Positions 13,209-26,329 of a stretch of DNA of 64,000 nucleotides are shown here, in pieces. The notes beneath the pieces were generated by a model, which worked only from the letters and a program-made list of their open reading frames with translations, was not told the origin of the DNA and ran no database searches. The first letter of the stretch is position 1. Each line of letters begins with the position of its first letter. The position numbers and the translations under genes are program-made. The DNA is from Epiperipatus broadwayi (taxonomy: Eukaryota > Animalia > Onychophora): NCBI GenBank assembly GCA_028023455.1, contig JAQFVV010000001.1, positions 2,666,001 to 2,730,000 of the forward strand, written 5' to 3'.

Positions 13209-14152
13209 CTTTTTATTATTTATCATTTCATTAAATTTTTACTTCTAAATTTGTTGATATCATATTTTAATTTTATTAAATCTTTCTAACTTTTTACAGC
13301 AACTTAGTTCAGAAAAAAAAAAAAACTTTTTTATTATCAAAAACTAAAAAAGTTAAACATACCTTTCGACCAGTAAATGTTAAAAATATTGTTCTAATAT
13401 TTTATAGATTTTTTTTTTGTAATTATAAGTTCTAGCAGAATTTTTTTAAAGAAAGTTTTGATAATAATTACATTTTAGAAGTACAGATTATTATTTTTTT
13501 ACAATAATTATTATTTATTTGTTTCTAAACATTTTTATAGTTTACAAGCTAAAATGATTTTAACCTTTCACATGTAAATAAACTGATAGGTATAATTTAT
13601 TTTATTTTTAGATTTTTTTTTGGTTGTGTTAATAAAATATGTTGTTGTTTTTTTTACTTTCAGTCTTTAATTTTTACAATTTTCATTTTGTACATTAATT
13701 TTTAAATAAAATTAGTCTACAAAAATAAAATTTTTGACTTTATAAATAAGCAAAAACAATTTACAAACAGAAATAAAGAGAAGTAAATTGTCAATAACAA
13801 AAGGCTTCATTTTAGCTTGTAAATTATAAAAATGTTTAGAAACAAATAAATAATAATTATTGTAAAAAAATAATAATCTGTACTTCTAAAATGTATTTAT
13901 TATCAAAACTTTCTTTAAAAAAATTCTACTAGAACTTATAATTACAAAAAAAAATCTATAAAATATTAGAACAATATTTTTAACATTTACTGGTCGAAAG
14001 GTATGTTTAACTTTTTTAGTTTTTGATAATAAAAAAGTCTTTTTTTTTCTGAACTAAGTTGCTGTAAAAAGTTAGAAAGATTTAATAAAATTAAAATATG
14101 ATATCAACAAATTTAGAAGTGAAAATTTAATGAAGTGATAAATAATAAAAAG
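13209..14152. repeat. Near-perfect long inverted repeat (arms 349 and 346 bp, spacer 249 bp)
   Basis: 13209-13557 is the reverse complement of 13807-14152. I see only about 5 substitutions plus homopolymer-tract differences. Confidence 0.97.
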
Positions 14153-15528
14153 TCTTTTTTTAGATGATTATTTAATTTTGGAGAAAGAAAGTATTAAAGC
14201 CAATTTTCATTAAACTTGTTTTTAATTATTATTTTATAATCTTAAAAAATAGATGAATTGTTTAAACCAGCTAACTATTGATGCATTATTTTTTATGCAG
14301 TTGGTTGAAGATGCAATTTTTACATTAAAATTTAATTATGTAAATATAAAATTTAAAATGCTCACACATCATTTAAAAAAACAATAATTTTGAAAAAATA
14401 TAATAGTTATAAATTATATATTTTAGTATGTTAATTTTAAAATAAGAGCTTTTTACAATTATTATTAATTTTAAATTATTCTATATACAATTTCAAATAA
14501 AATGACATAAAATGACTTACTGGTCATTTAGCTGTCATAACCCTGAGTTGCACTTTGAATTAAAAAAGGAAATACAACAGATATATTTTGTACAATATCT
14601 TCAAGTTGATATAAAATTATTTTATTGTTAGAAAGAGCAAATATGAAGGAACGTAATAAAACTGAAAAAATATAGTTATTACCTTAAAAAAATTTAGAAA
14701 ATAAAAGATTGTTAATACATTTAAAAATGCTTACTTTTACATAAGTTCACAAAGTCTAAATTTTGATAGTTAAATGTTAAAAATCACATTTTTTTATAGA
14801 TAGTTTTATTATATTCTGCATAAAATTCTAAAAAATTGATATATAACATGAATTACATGAGAATTCTTCATAGTTTCAATAAAATCTAAGCCTAGACAGA
14901 AGATATTCAATTAGGGAGCTTTTCTAATAAGTAAATGGTAGACTAAGTAATAGTTTGTTTTTAAGTATTGATAAAAAAAGATTAAGAAAAATATATTACT
15001 AACTGAATTTGGCCAGTTTATACACACTTGCACATACATATATATTATATGCAAAAATATCTAATATATATATATATATATTGCATATAATATATATATA
15101 TAATTAAATACTGACTAATGCTATACTAGTAATAATAAATAAAATAAAATTCATATAACATTACAATACTAGTCAAAACACTAAACTTTACTAAAAAATT
15201 CTACAACCATGGTTTCATTTATTAACAAGTAGACCTTTTCAAGTTAAATTTATCTAAACATACTATCATTCACTTCAAAACCCACCTTCCTTTAATATGA
15301 AAGCATGTCTTCATGAAATTGATTGAATCATATTCAAAATATTTTATCATCAAAGCTTTTTTTAATCTTCTTTTCAATTCCCTTTTTTCATAAAAAATAA
15401 TCTCTGCAGTTTCAAATAATATTTTATGATCTGTATTCAGTTCATAAATATAAAAACTGATTTATATTAATTTTAACTCTACTCTTATGAATTTTAACTC
15501 TTTCATTAACATTGGTTCAAATTGCAAA

Positions 15529-15843
15529 TTTATTCCTGGAGTAGTTTATAAGATTCCTTGCAGCTGCCATAAAATTTATATAGGTCAGAGTAAATTCAAT
15601 CTTAATGAAAGAATTAGAGTTCATAAGAATAGAATAAAAAATAAATATAATTTCTCAACTTTGTATATTCATGAACTGAATATAGTCATAAAATATTTGA
15701 CAATGCAGATGTTATCTTTTATGAAAAAAGTGAATTGCAAAGAAGAATTAAAAGAAACTTTGATGATAAAATATTTTAAATCTGAGGCCATTAATCTCAT
15801 GAAGATATCCTTTGTTGATAAAGCAAGTTTGGTTTTGAAGTAA
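15529..15843 (+). pseudogene. PLE GIY-YIG endonuclease remnant
   Basis: FIPGVVYKIPCSCHKIYIGQSKFNLNERIRVHKN..HE..ETLMIK fits the PLE-type GVVY-x-IPC-x-C-x3-YIGQT..RI.EH signature. The first about 13 codons of the supplied ORF (from 15487) lie in or next to the inverted arm. Confidence 0.88.
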
Positions 15844-15894
15844 ATGATGGGAAGGTTATTTTTGTTTGGCATATATAGGTAGTATGTTTAGGTG

Positions 15895-15950
15895 AATTTC
15901 ACTTGAAAAGGTCTATTTGTTAATAGATGAATCCATGGCTGTTGAAGAAT
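15895..15950 (+). ncRNA. Decayed minimal hammerhead-ribozyme-like motif in the PLE terminal repeat (second copy on minus at 15198-15250)
   Basis: TTGAAAA-G-GTCTATT-tgtt-AATAGAT-GAATC-CATG-G on plus. The minus copy reads cttgaaaaggtctacttgttaataaat-GAAAC-CATG-GTT. Both show a stem II hairpin, a GAAA(C) box and a palindromic CATG loop. Confidence 0.55.
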
Positions 15951-16227
15951 TTTAGTAAAGTTTATTTTTTCTGGCTAGTATTGTAATGTCATATGAATTT
16001 TATTTTATACATTATAATTATATTGTACTGATAATCTTAATTTTATATTTATAATTTTCTAAAGAATAAATTTGAAATAATTTATTGAGATAATTCATTT
16101 TAATGAAATGTAAATATATAATTATTAATATTATACCTGAATTCTTTTTTTTTCTGTAAAAAATATTAAATATAATTTTGATGAAAAAATTTGTTTAAAA
16201 AACAAACTATAAGTTGTAAAGAATAGA

Positions 16228-16350
16228 AAGGAGATTATATCCATGTAAATAAAGATATTTTTGTCTTTTTTTTGTTGCCAAGAAATTATCAATTACTACT
16301 AATAGACAATCTGAAAAATTTATCTCTGTTTACATGGATATAATGTCCTT
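16228..16350. repeat. Short imperfect hairpin (about 30-bp arms)
   Basis: aaggagattatatccatgtaaataaagata versus tatctctgtttacatggatataatgtcctt. Confidence 0.75.
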
Positions 16351-16644
16351 ATTTTTATTCTTTATTATAATAACAATCCATGAAAATATTTAATTTAATT
16401 CAAGTTAAACATTAAGTTGTATTACTATTTTGAAATTTTATTTGAAAGAGAAATGAATCATCTACAACATGATGTGTCAAACACAAGCTTGGTTTATATC
16501 ATTATTTTACTGCATTTACAATTTTTTTTGACTTCACCAGAGAACCATCACTTAGACTGGAATGATTTTTTTTTTAATTTTGTTTTAATCTAATTAAAAT
16601 GTTTGTTAAATTAAAAATATTCTTAAAATGTTAGAAAAATAAAA

Positions 16645-17190
16645 ACTGGTTAGAAAAGATTATATGTTTCTTCACCTTTTCTTCTAACTTCACAAAGTCC
16701 AATAATGTCCCATTTAATATAAGATAGTTATTCTTCTAATTCTTGCAATCTTTCTTCACTCGAAAGTGATCTGCAGTTGTAAGTACCTAAATAAAAAGTC
16801 GTCATCAAATGACAACCTGAGTCTGCAATCAGGGGATTCTTAGCACCTTCTGCCTTCATCCACCAACTGCTGCCTTGGTTGGTGACTTTACAGCCTTCTG
16901 GGAATAAGGGCCATGATTTATTTTTGTCTGTCATGATTGTATATATCAAAAAAATATTCTTAAACTTGGAGGTAAAAAGCCAATAAACTCACCACACTGG
17001 CTAATGTGTATTGGTGAGCAGCCCATCCATGTTCATATACTATATGAATAATCACATAGTAATAACAGCTGCAACAACAAGAACGTATGGAGTGGACATT
17101 AGGAATTTGCCCTGCTCGGTTCCTTTAAGGCCTCCAAGAGGAATCAAAGGGTATCCTTTCAGTTAATAGTGAACTCCTTTCTGCAGCCGA
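16645..17190 (-). mobile_element. RTE-clade LINE, 5' UTR plus start of the APE endonuclease only
   Basis: Minus translation FYLGTYNCRSLSSEERLQELEE*LSYIKWDIIGLCEVRRKGEE is the typical RTE endonuclease N-terminus (GTxN.RSL..WDIIGLxEVRR). Homology is lost below about 16650. Confidence 0.85.
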
Positions 17191-20100
17191 ATCTAATATA
17201 TACACAGATAAATACAAGAAATGCCTGTTATCATAACAAAAAAAAATGTGCTAATTTATGGTATAAATTTACCCAGCCTGGAAACTTAGTTAATATCACA
17301 AATAATTTTTTTGTATATTTTCTATAAAATAATAATTGAATTTTTTTTCAATTGATCAAAATGCTAACCTTTGTAATAACATTCAATGGTAAAGTCTCAT
17401 CTGATCTGATTTTTTTTAAAAAAAAATGTCTGTGTGATGAAGACAATCACTGCACTTATGGAGAAAGCTGGCTTGTTAATTTTTTTAGGAAGCACTACTA
17501 GTGCTTCTTAGAAATCATTCACAGACAATTACAAGAAAGCTTAATCTTCCAGTGTTACATGGAGAAATTATTGTCAATACTTGAACCTGGAGAAAAATCC
17601 ATTATTCTCAACTAAATTTTTTGGTATTACTATCATAAAAATTATTCAGTTTTTATCATAGAGGAATAAGAATTACATTTTCTGAAAGTAAAACAAATGT
17701 TGAATGTTATAACTTGTGCATGAATATTTTATGTGATTTTTACATTATTTAAGTTGAAGCCAACAATTGTTAATTTCAAAAAGAAAATGCATGCTGTGGT
17801 TGACTGCATAATGATAATTTTTTTATTTTTACATTAGAAAGGATTAATTTCATCTCTTCTCAATCTTTTCCCATTCTAACACAAAATCTTTAACTTGATA
17901 ACTTTCAGAGGTAGTAAAAAAACTTGGCTTATTTACTTCTGAAAAAGCATGGTGATTCTACCATTTTACATCACTGTATTAGCATAGTATTTAAAAAAAA
18001 TAGTTTCTGCAGGTCTGTGTTTATTGATCTTTCAGTTTAAAAAGATCTGAAGAGGCCACTGTGTTACACACAGTCAGATTTCATCTAATGAATTATTGTA
18101 TTGTTTACAACAGAAGAAAACTGATAAAGTGTTTATTTCTTTGTATTCTATTTTTATGTATAGTTTTTGAAATAAAAGAAATATGATTTTTTGCTTGTTT
18201 ATAAAATATTTTTGATTATTTTTAAACAGTATTCAGTTTATTGTTATTTAAGCAAAAAAATACACATATGCATTCTCAATTTAATCATTTGTCTTTTATT
18301 TTTTAAGATAAAAATTACCTCATAGATTTGATAGTATAATATGAGGTAAAAAACAGTCTATTTTATTATCTGTCACAATTGACATAGTGTTAGAATCTTA
18401 TCCAATATGTGTAATTATTATAAAGAAAATATCAGATTTTAAAGTAGAATTTTATAGATTTGTCTTAAATTGACCTTCATTCATTCAGAGTAAAAAAAGA
18501 ACTTAAAATGTAAAAATAATTTATTTTCTGGATGAGCATGTACATTAACTTAGTTGATGTTTATGTTACATTGTTTTTATTTACAAGTCAGTTATTAAAT
18601 ATTTAAAAAAAATCAAATGTGATTTTTAAAAATATTAATTCATTTATAAAATTAAATTAAAAAGAAATTAAATCTGATTTATTGAATTTTAGTATAAAAT
18701 AAAGATTTTACACAGACATGAAATGTTGAGCATTTTAAAAAACTCTCACCAGATGAAACCAAAGAATATTTTAGAATTCAAAATAACATAGTTAACAGGT
18801 TTCTCTGGGTATAATTGCTGAGAGATTCCTGACTCCATTTAAGGAGAAGTCACCATACATCACATCACATCAAGAAGGTTAAGAAAATATGTTTTTGTTT
18901 CATTTGTCTGTAACTTTCTAATAAAAATCTTAATATTTGCAGAGATAAACATTTTTCATCATCAAAAAATGGCAATCTAATTTATTTTTATAATAAAACT
19001 CAAAAAAATATTTAAGGATGCAGTTTTGAAATTCCATCATGGATTTTTTATTCATTTTTTTTTTTACTTTATTTTTTTTAGTTGCATTTTTTAATGGGAA
19101 AAAAAAAAACAAATTGTCATCAAATCCCATTGTTTGAGATAAATTTCATCAAAAAAATATATACAAATAAATTAATTTTAAAAGTAAAATATTAACGTTG
19201 CATATATATAAAAAAACAAATAATAATTTTATTGAGACAAATAAATTGTCAATGGCTATTAGTCTCAAAAGTGTATTTAATGAACAATAAAATGTATTGA
19301 AATCTTTATATTTTAACTAAATTTTATTAAAAACAAATGTGCAAATAATGAGATTGATCTTATAAATTTTAGAAAATAACTTTTAATTACAAGTAACTAT
19401 AAACAAAACTCTCCATACAGTAGTGCCACCCTGTGCCAACCAGAACCTTTGTTTACAACAATTATGTGCTAATATAAGAGATGTTGATCATGTGATGTTT
19501 ATTGGTTTACAAGTAACTATGTTACACAGATGAACAAATGTTTGCAAATTTGAATTACAAATACAAATGAAGGGAATAATCAATATTATATAAAGCAGTA
19601 ATAAAAATTATTGACAACGATTATTTCATATCAAAATGTCACACATATTTTAAACAGGCTAATTTTTTTTTTTAATCAAATATATTCAAATAAAAGATAT
19701 ATGTAAGCATTATATACATATTAAGAATAAATATTTACTAATTTAAAAGAAAAAAGAAAACTAAACAAACAAACAAAAAATAGACTTTCTTTGTACATAT
19801 CAGTGAAAAAAGAATTGTGCAATCACAAAAATGTTTTTTTCTTAAGATAATTTTTCCTCTCTCTCTTTCTTTCTTTTTTTTTTTTTTTGAAATACTAATT
19901 ATCTATGCATATTAGTTACAACTAAAATTACAACAATTAAATGGTTTTCAAGCATAAAACTCACTGAAAGATTAATTTTTTTTTGAAAACTTTTATCTTT
20001 ACTTGATATATATATATATATAAAGATTCTCAGCATTAAAACTGTTTAATACATATTGCAGTATCAATGAAAGTTGTCAAGGATCCTATTGCTTAAGATT

Positions 20101-21438
20101 AAAGAAAAATAATAATTATAAATAAATTATTATTAAATCTGATTTTTTTTACAAATGTAATTATTTTTAAATTTAAATTATATATTGGGTTGAGTTGCTT
20201 TCATTACAGATCATAAATGTATAGATATACAAAATATCTTAAAGAAATTCAAATCTGCATACCAAAGAAGAGAATACTAAAATTATAATATTAATATTTC
20301 ATTTTTAATAAAAATAATTAAATATTGTTAAATTTATAAAGTATTGACATAAAGAAGCACAGATACAGGTAATAATTATAAATAAATGTAATTGATATTT
20401 ACATAATTGTAAATTGCCTTGAAATATTTGTAGTCATGTATAATATGTTGTTACACATTTGAACAAAATGTAATACAATCTGATGGGAAGTTATAAATTT
20501 ACTATATAAATATACGTTTATAAAAAATAAAATAAATTTGAAGTTTACAAACAGTCCCTATAGAGTCAGGTCCTGAATACAGTATAAAATCTATACTTTT
20601 TTTGTACAAAAAACATAGATTAGTTCAAAATTGTAAGAATTAAGTATAGAACTTAACAAAAAAAATAGCCTGATTAGAAAGTATGGTCTTATTGAAAATT
20701 AATTCTAAGAATGTTAAGGTGTAGAAATTCAGAAATAAAAAAGTAACTTTTTTTATGTGTTAATATAAAGATTATAAATTTTAAAATAGCTAATTAGTGC
20801 TAATTGACATTGGGTAAAGCAATTAAACTTATACATTAAAAGAAAAAAAGACAAATTTAAGTTTTAGGTGAAATGTAGAAATGATTAGTGATTAGCAAAT
20901 TATAATCAAAATAAATTGGCAACAGAAAGTGTAAAGCTTTTTGAATATTGGTAAATATCATTTAGTTAAGCATTAGAATAGCTACAGAAAAAATATTTTT
21001 TATTTTAAAGGGATTAATATTAATATTTTAGTATTTAGAGAGACGTAAAGCATAATAAAAAGTAAAAAAAACCTTTATTAATTATGTTTTAGCATTCAGT
21101 GATATAGTTAAAAATTACTTATAAAAATAACTTCTTCCATAGGAGATCTATTAATATAATATGCTAAATTTTTCATTGGAAGTGTGCTGTCAATGTGTTG
21201 TTTTGGTTTGAAAGCTAGCCTGTCTTACTGATATAGGGTAAGTAAAATTATTCAAAGGCAAACTCAGACCTGATCATGAATTTAAAAAATGATGAAATTA
21301 ATATTCAGCAGATATTAGAAATGGTAAGCAGGTAAATTGATATGTATATGTTAGCTTAAAAGCTGTGGTAAAATTTTATTGTATTTTTCATTTCTGTAAA
21401 ATTAATTAAGTAGTCAGTTTCTGTTGTTATACTATTTC

Positions 21439-23683
21439 CAGGGCCACCATGTGTTGGTGTGTAGGTTGTGTGGAGCACAAAGGGCATTTACTACTGGGGC
21501 ACCAAAATACCTAGATAATTGATAAAATTTATATGTAAATAAAATTGTGTTCATGTTCAAATCTATTTCATCATTAGAAATATATTCTGAGTGTAAATAT
21601 TTTTTATTTTTATATATGAGGAATACTTTTTTACTTAAACTTATTTGTGATAATTACCTGGGTTTTAAATGTCTAGGCATGAGCTTGTACTACATATATA
21701 CTCTTATCATTACACTAAACAGAACAAACTAACTTATATGTGAATTTTTAGATTTTCAAATCACTTTACTTGTAAAAACACATTCTGATTGCAAATATTT
21801 ATTATTTAAGCATAAAAGAAGTATTTCTTTGTTTAAACTTATTGTGGCAGTTGCTTTAACCTCGAAATATATCTCATTTAACTCTACCATTGCACAAAAC
21901 CGAACAGGCCAATGTTCTTTCATCACTATAATTAATAAAATTTATATGCAAATAAAAAAGTTTAGATTTCTTAATCATTTTTATTTAAGTTTCCTAATTT
22001 ATATAAAAAGTTACATATTATTACTAATAATTTACTTAAAAATAAACCTTATTTAAAAAATATTGTCCATAATTACAATAATTCTGAATATGATAAATTT
22101 ATATTTATCTATAATATTTTGGAAGTCTTAAATGTGTTATTTACTTGGGAATATTGGTAGAATGTCTGCCTCTGAAATATCAGGTCTGGGTTCGATGCTG
22201 TGAAATGCTAACATTTTTTTAATGGTGTTATATATTTTTTTGTTATTATTGTTCCATATTATCTTTTTAAATATTTTATTAAATAGCTTTTCCTTTTAAT
22301 AATAAGAATATTATCTGTTTTTTTTTTAGATGGTGTATTATTTTGTTATACATTTTACTAAATAGCTTTTGCTTGGATTAGTTCTTTAGCTAAAAACTCA
22401 CAATTGATCCACAATTCACCCATGGTTCAAATCTAAGAAAAACAGAATGAGTAAAAAAAAAACATAATTTTTAAAAAGATATTATTGGATGCTAAATTAT
22501 TTAATTCTTAACAAATTTCATGGGAAATTTTTATTATTGAATAAAAATAAATGAAAGTATTTTTACTAAAATTCTGATGTAAAAATAATGAATGGATTTG
22601 GAAAACAAAGAACTTTCTTTTTAACAAGAAGATGTTTATGAGATGTAAGAGTTATATCAGCTGTATTATTTAAACTTCACCTAGTTTGGTGGTTCTAATA
22701 AAATATAAACAATGTAAGTAAGAAAATTTTAAATACCAAAATATAATAAATTGTAGTTTTTGGTAGTGGAATAACACCAGATAAAAAAATTAAATGGTAG
22801 TATTAGTGTAAATATATTATTATTGAAGGAATATAATTTTGTTAATAGAAAATGTGAATAAGTTCATGTATGAGAGATTTTCAATAGGTTTTCTAACAAA
22901 CAATTACTTTTAATGAATTACTGACCTGCTGGTTAAAGTTGATTTAAATAATAATGAAAGTAAATGAAGATAACTGCAGTTATTTAGATTTTTGTAGAAG
23001 ATATATTTTTTTTTTTTGCAAATAATAGCTGAATCTAGAATTTTTTAAAATGATAGCAAAGAAAAAGGAATAAAAATAAGTGCTAAAAAATTACAACAAT
23101 GATCAATATCTTAAAAAAACAATAAACATTTACAGTAAAATGAATTTTAAAAAATCAATAACTAAGAATATATTTGATTCCTGCTATGAAGGATGGAACT
23201 TCCAAAAAATCATTCTGGATGTATATAAAATTTTTAATAACCAGATAAATAACTTTAAAATTTTAATAACCAGATAAGTAACTAATATATTATATAATTA
23301 CTTATATAATATCAGAGGTGGTCTGAGAATAGGAGGGGAGCAGTGCAATGTTTTTATTAGTATTATTTTAATTTTACATATAAACTGATTTATTTAACAA
23401 GATTTTAATGGAAAGATTTTTAATCAAGATGACATGATAAATGTAATATGTTTTATTTTAACAGTGGTTTATTCTCCATATTTATTTTATAGAAATAAAT
23501 GAATAAAACATGTAAGGTATTTACTGAACAACACGTTAAATGATTAAAGCTATATTATCAAGTTTTTCTTGTGAAAACATTGGGAAAAAATGTCTTAATT
23601 TACAATTTTTTTTTCATAGAGTAGGGTGAGGGCGCTAAAATCTACCTTGCACAAATGTGCTTCTTAGTCATAAGGTGGGTCTG
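21439..23683 (+). mobile_element. Non-autonomous hAT element, copy A
   Basis: Starts CAGGGCCACC and ends ..AAGGTGGGTCTG. 8-bp TSD actatttc / actatttt (7/8). Colinear in inverted orientation with 28016-30470. Confidence 0.85.
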
Positions 23684-26329
23684 ACTATTTTTATAAATTA
23701 GTTAAATATATAAAGTTGCTTGTATGTTTCTATACAATCTGAGTTTCATAATGATTTAACAATAATAATTGTGAGGTTTTTAGATTAATACAATTTTCTT
23801 TTGAATTAAGTGAATCAACATTTAATTTGTATGTAATATTTTCATTAATGTTTTTTGAAATAAATTGTATGCATTAAAGATATATATCGAGTTCAATTAA
23901 TTAAAAACTAAACGTTTGAATCTAGTACAATTTTAAAAATAATTCTATGATTGGAAAGAGAATTTGCTATATTTGACTATTTCTATCATCTAATATGAGT
24001 ATTGAATGTCTTTAGTAAAAATTAACTTTATTTAAATATTCCAAATACATTCAACTGTTAGTAATAACATACAGGTTAGTATATGCAAAACGTTTCAAGA
24101 GATAGATGTGTCCGCTTTAATCAATATAATATATGTATATGTTCTGTAAATATATAACCATGTATAGTTTTTATAAAATCATTTTATTTAATAAAATTAT
24201 TAAAATTATTTAAAATTATCAGTGCATATGATTAAGTTATTTTCTGGAACATGAATAGTTAAGGATAAAGATTATGCTGGTTAACACCATTTGTAATCTT
24301 CACTAAAGTTTTGGTAATTAGATTGATCACCAAGAGAAAGGTTTTACAATTGATACTAATCAGAAAATATTGTTTTCATCCAGAAAGTATTATATTAGGG
24401 AATGGATGATTATCATCATTAATTTATAGTTTTGCATCACTTTAAGAGAAAATTTGATTGTATATTCTACAGAATCTAATAAATACAGATGACAACTGAT
24501 GTTGCCATTTATTGCATGTGTAATATAGATGCTTGATGTCAAGCATGTGGCTTGATCACCATCTGAATTTGTGGTAAATCCTCACTTTCATATAAATGAA
24601 GATCTTTTGTCTTGTTAAATTTATATATATGTTATACAACTTCTATATTATACAGATATTGCAATGACATATGACTAATAATATCTTCTAAACTACAATA
24701 TATATATATATATATATATACTTTTCTCATAGTAAGTATGGAATATTTTGAATTATAGTGTCTAAGTTATATCTAAAGCTAATGGTAAAATATACTTTAT
24801 GTAAATAGTATTTCAATGAATAATCAATAAATTGATTTTAATATATAATTTCGAATAGGATATTTGTTCTTTTACTTTTATGTATTTATCATTTATTTTT
24901 ATTGTTTTCTTGAAAAATAATGAATTAAAGGTTCTGTCTGAAAAATAATAATTTTTATAATTTTATAAAATAAATACTTCTATTTACAAAGTCTAGCAAA
25001 AATAAGTTGAGAAAATTTAAAGTAAATCTTGTGTTATATCTTACATAGTTAATAGGTATATGATTGCAAAGATATAGCTATTGAATAATAAAGGAAAAGA
25101 TATGGGGCTCTAATAAATTAGAGGTCTTTATCAGGATTATTGAACATAAATATGTCAGTAAAATGTATATAATAATTATTAATGATGTAAAAGTGTGAAA
25201 AGTAAAATTTTAATCTTTTTTTTTGTAAATTTGTTAGTCATAGTATTATTATTATTTTTAAATTGTTTTTAATAAATAATATATTATAATAATAATTTTC
25301 TCAAGATTTGAAATTTGTAAAATTATAAAAAAAAATTGTAAATGAAATAAATACATATTAAAATGTTTCTTCGTTTTTTTGGTATATTTAATTAAAATTC
25401 ATTTTAATAAAAATAAATTCCAAAATAACTCTGGCTATTTCCCAGTGTGCTTGTATGTGTCTGAATTTTGGATCTAGGTATTGTATTTAAGTCTTAAAAG
25501 AATTAGAGTAGAAAATAGTAAATTATATAGTTTAAATTGAAATGATGCAAAAATCATAGAGTAACTTATGTATATAATTATATTAAATAGCAAAAACTAC
25601 ATTAGAAATAATATCATATGCTATACCAATTACTTAATTTTAATTTCTTATCAACATTTTCTACTTGAAGAAAATTAAATAAAATGTAAACCCATTTATA
25701 GTTTCAACAATTATAACACAATATTCACTATTCAAAGCAACATTACAATCATGCCTAAAGGAAGCGAAGAATATAGAAAACCTTTGTGATTCAATAGTAT
25801 ATATCTGTAACTATTAATTTGATGAAAATACCTTGTAACTTTATAAGTTGGTAGATTACTGCTTTGAATTGCAGTTAATGTATTATATTTCTTTAAATTG
25901 TAGACAGGTTTTAATTTTATTTGTTTAACTTAAAAAATTTGTGTAAGATAACAAAGTCAATTGGTAGTTTATACTAACAATAAATTTGTGTAGAAGTTTA
26001 GAGTTAAATAGTTGGTGTTGATATATATATATATATATATATAATGCTAACTTCTTAATTACTCATCCTTTTTTTTTTTCAATTTAAAATTTAAAAGCAT
26101 AGAATATAAGTAAAACATTTTTAAACACATAATTATTAGTATCATGATAACAAGAATTTGTATTTTAGATTTAGTAGAGAAAGAATAATTTTAATTTGCC
26201 AATTTTTTTTATTCAAAAAAATATATGGACAAAATTTGAATTAAAGCAAATTCTAAAAATATTTTTATAAGGAAATTTGAACAGCAAATTACTACTGGAG
26301 ATCATTATTTTTATAAATAATTAAATGTA

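Larger units (their letters stand above)
15183..15963. mobile_element. Penelope-like element (PLE) 3' fragments in inverted, 5'-to-5' arrangement
   Basis: The plus copy (about 15525-15963) encodes a GIY-YIG endonuclease. 15183-15507 is an inverted, roughly 75-80% identical copy of about 15602-15963 with the same outer endpoint (aaactttactaaa). Inverted terminal structures are characteristic of PLEs. Confidence 0.85.

Noticed and set aside
21143-21237. Candidate plus-strand exon (ttcttccatag acceptor, gtaagt donor)
   Set aside because: Stops in all three frames and no linked exons; such sites are common by chance. It could only be a UTR or lncRNA exon and needs RNA-seq.
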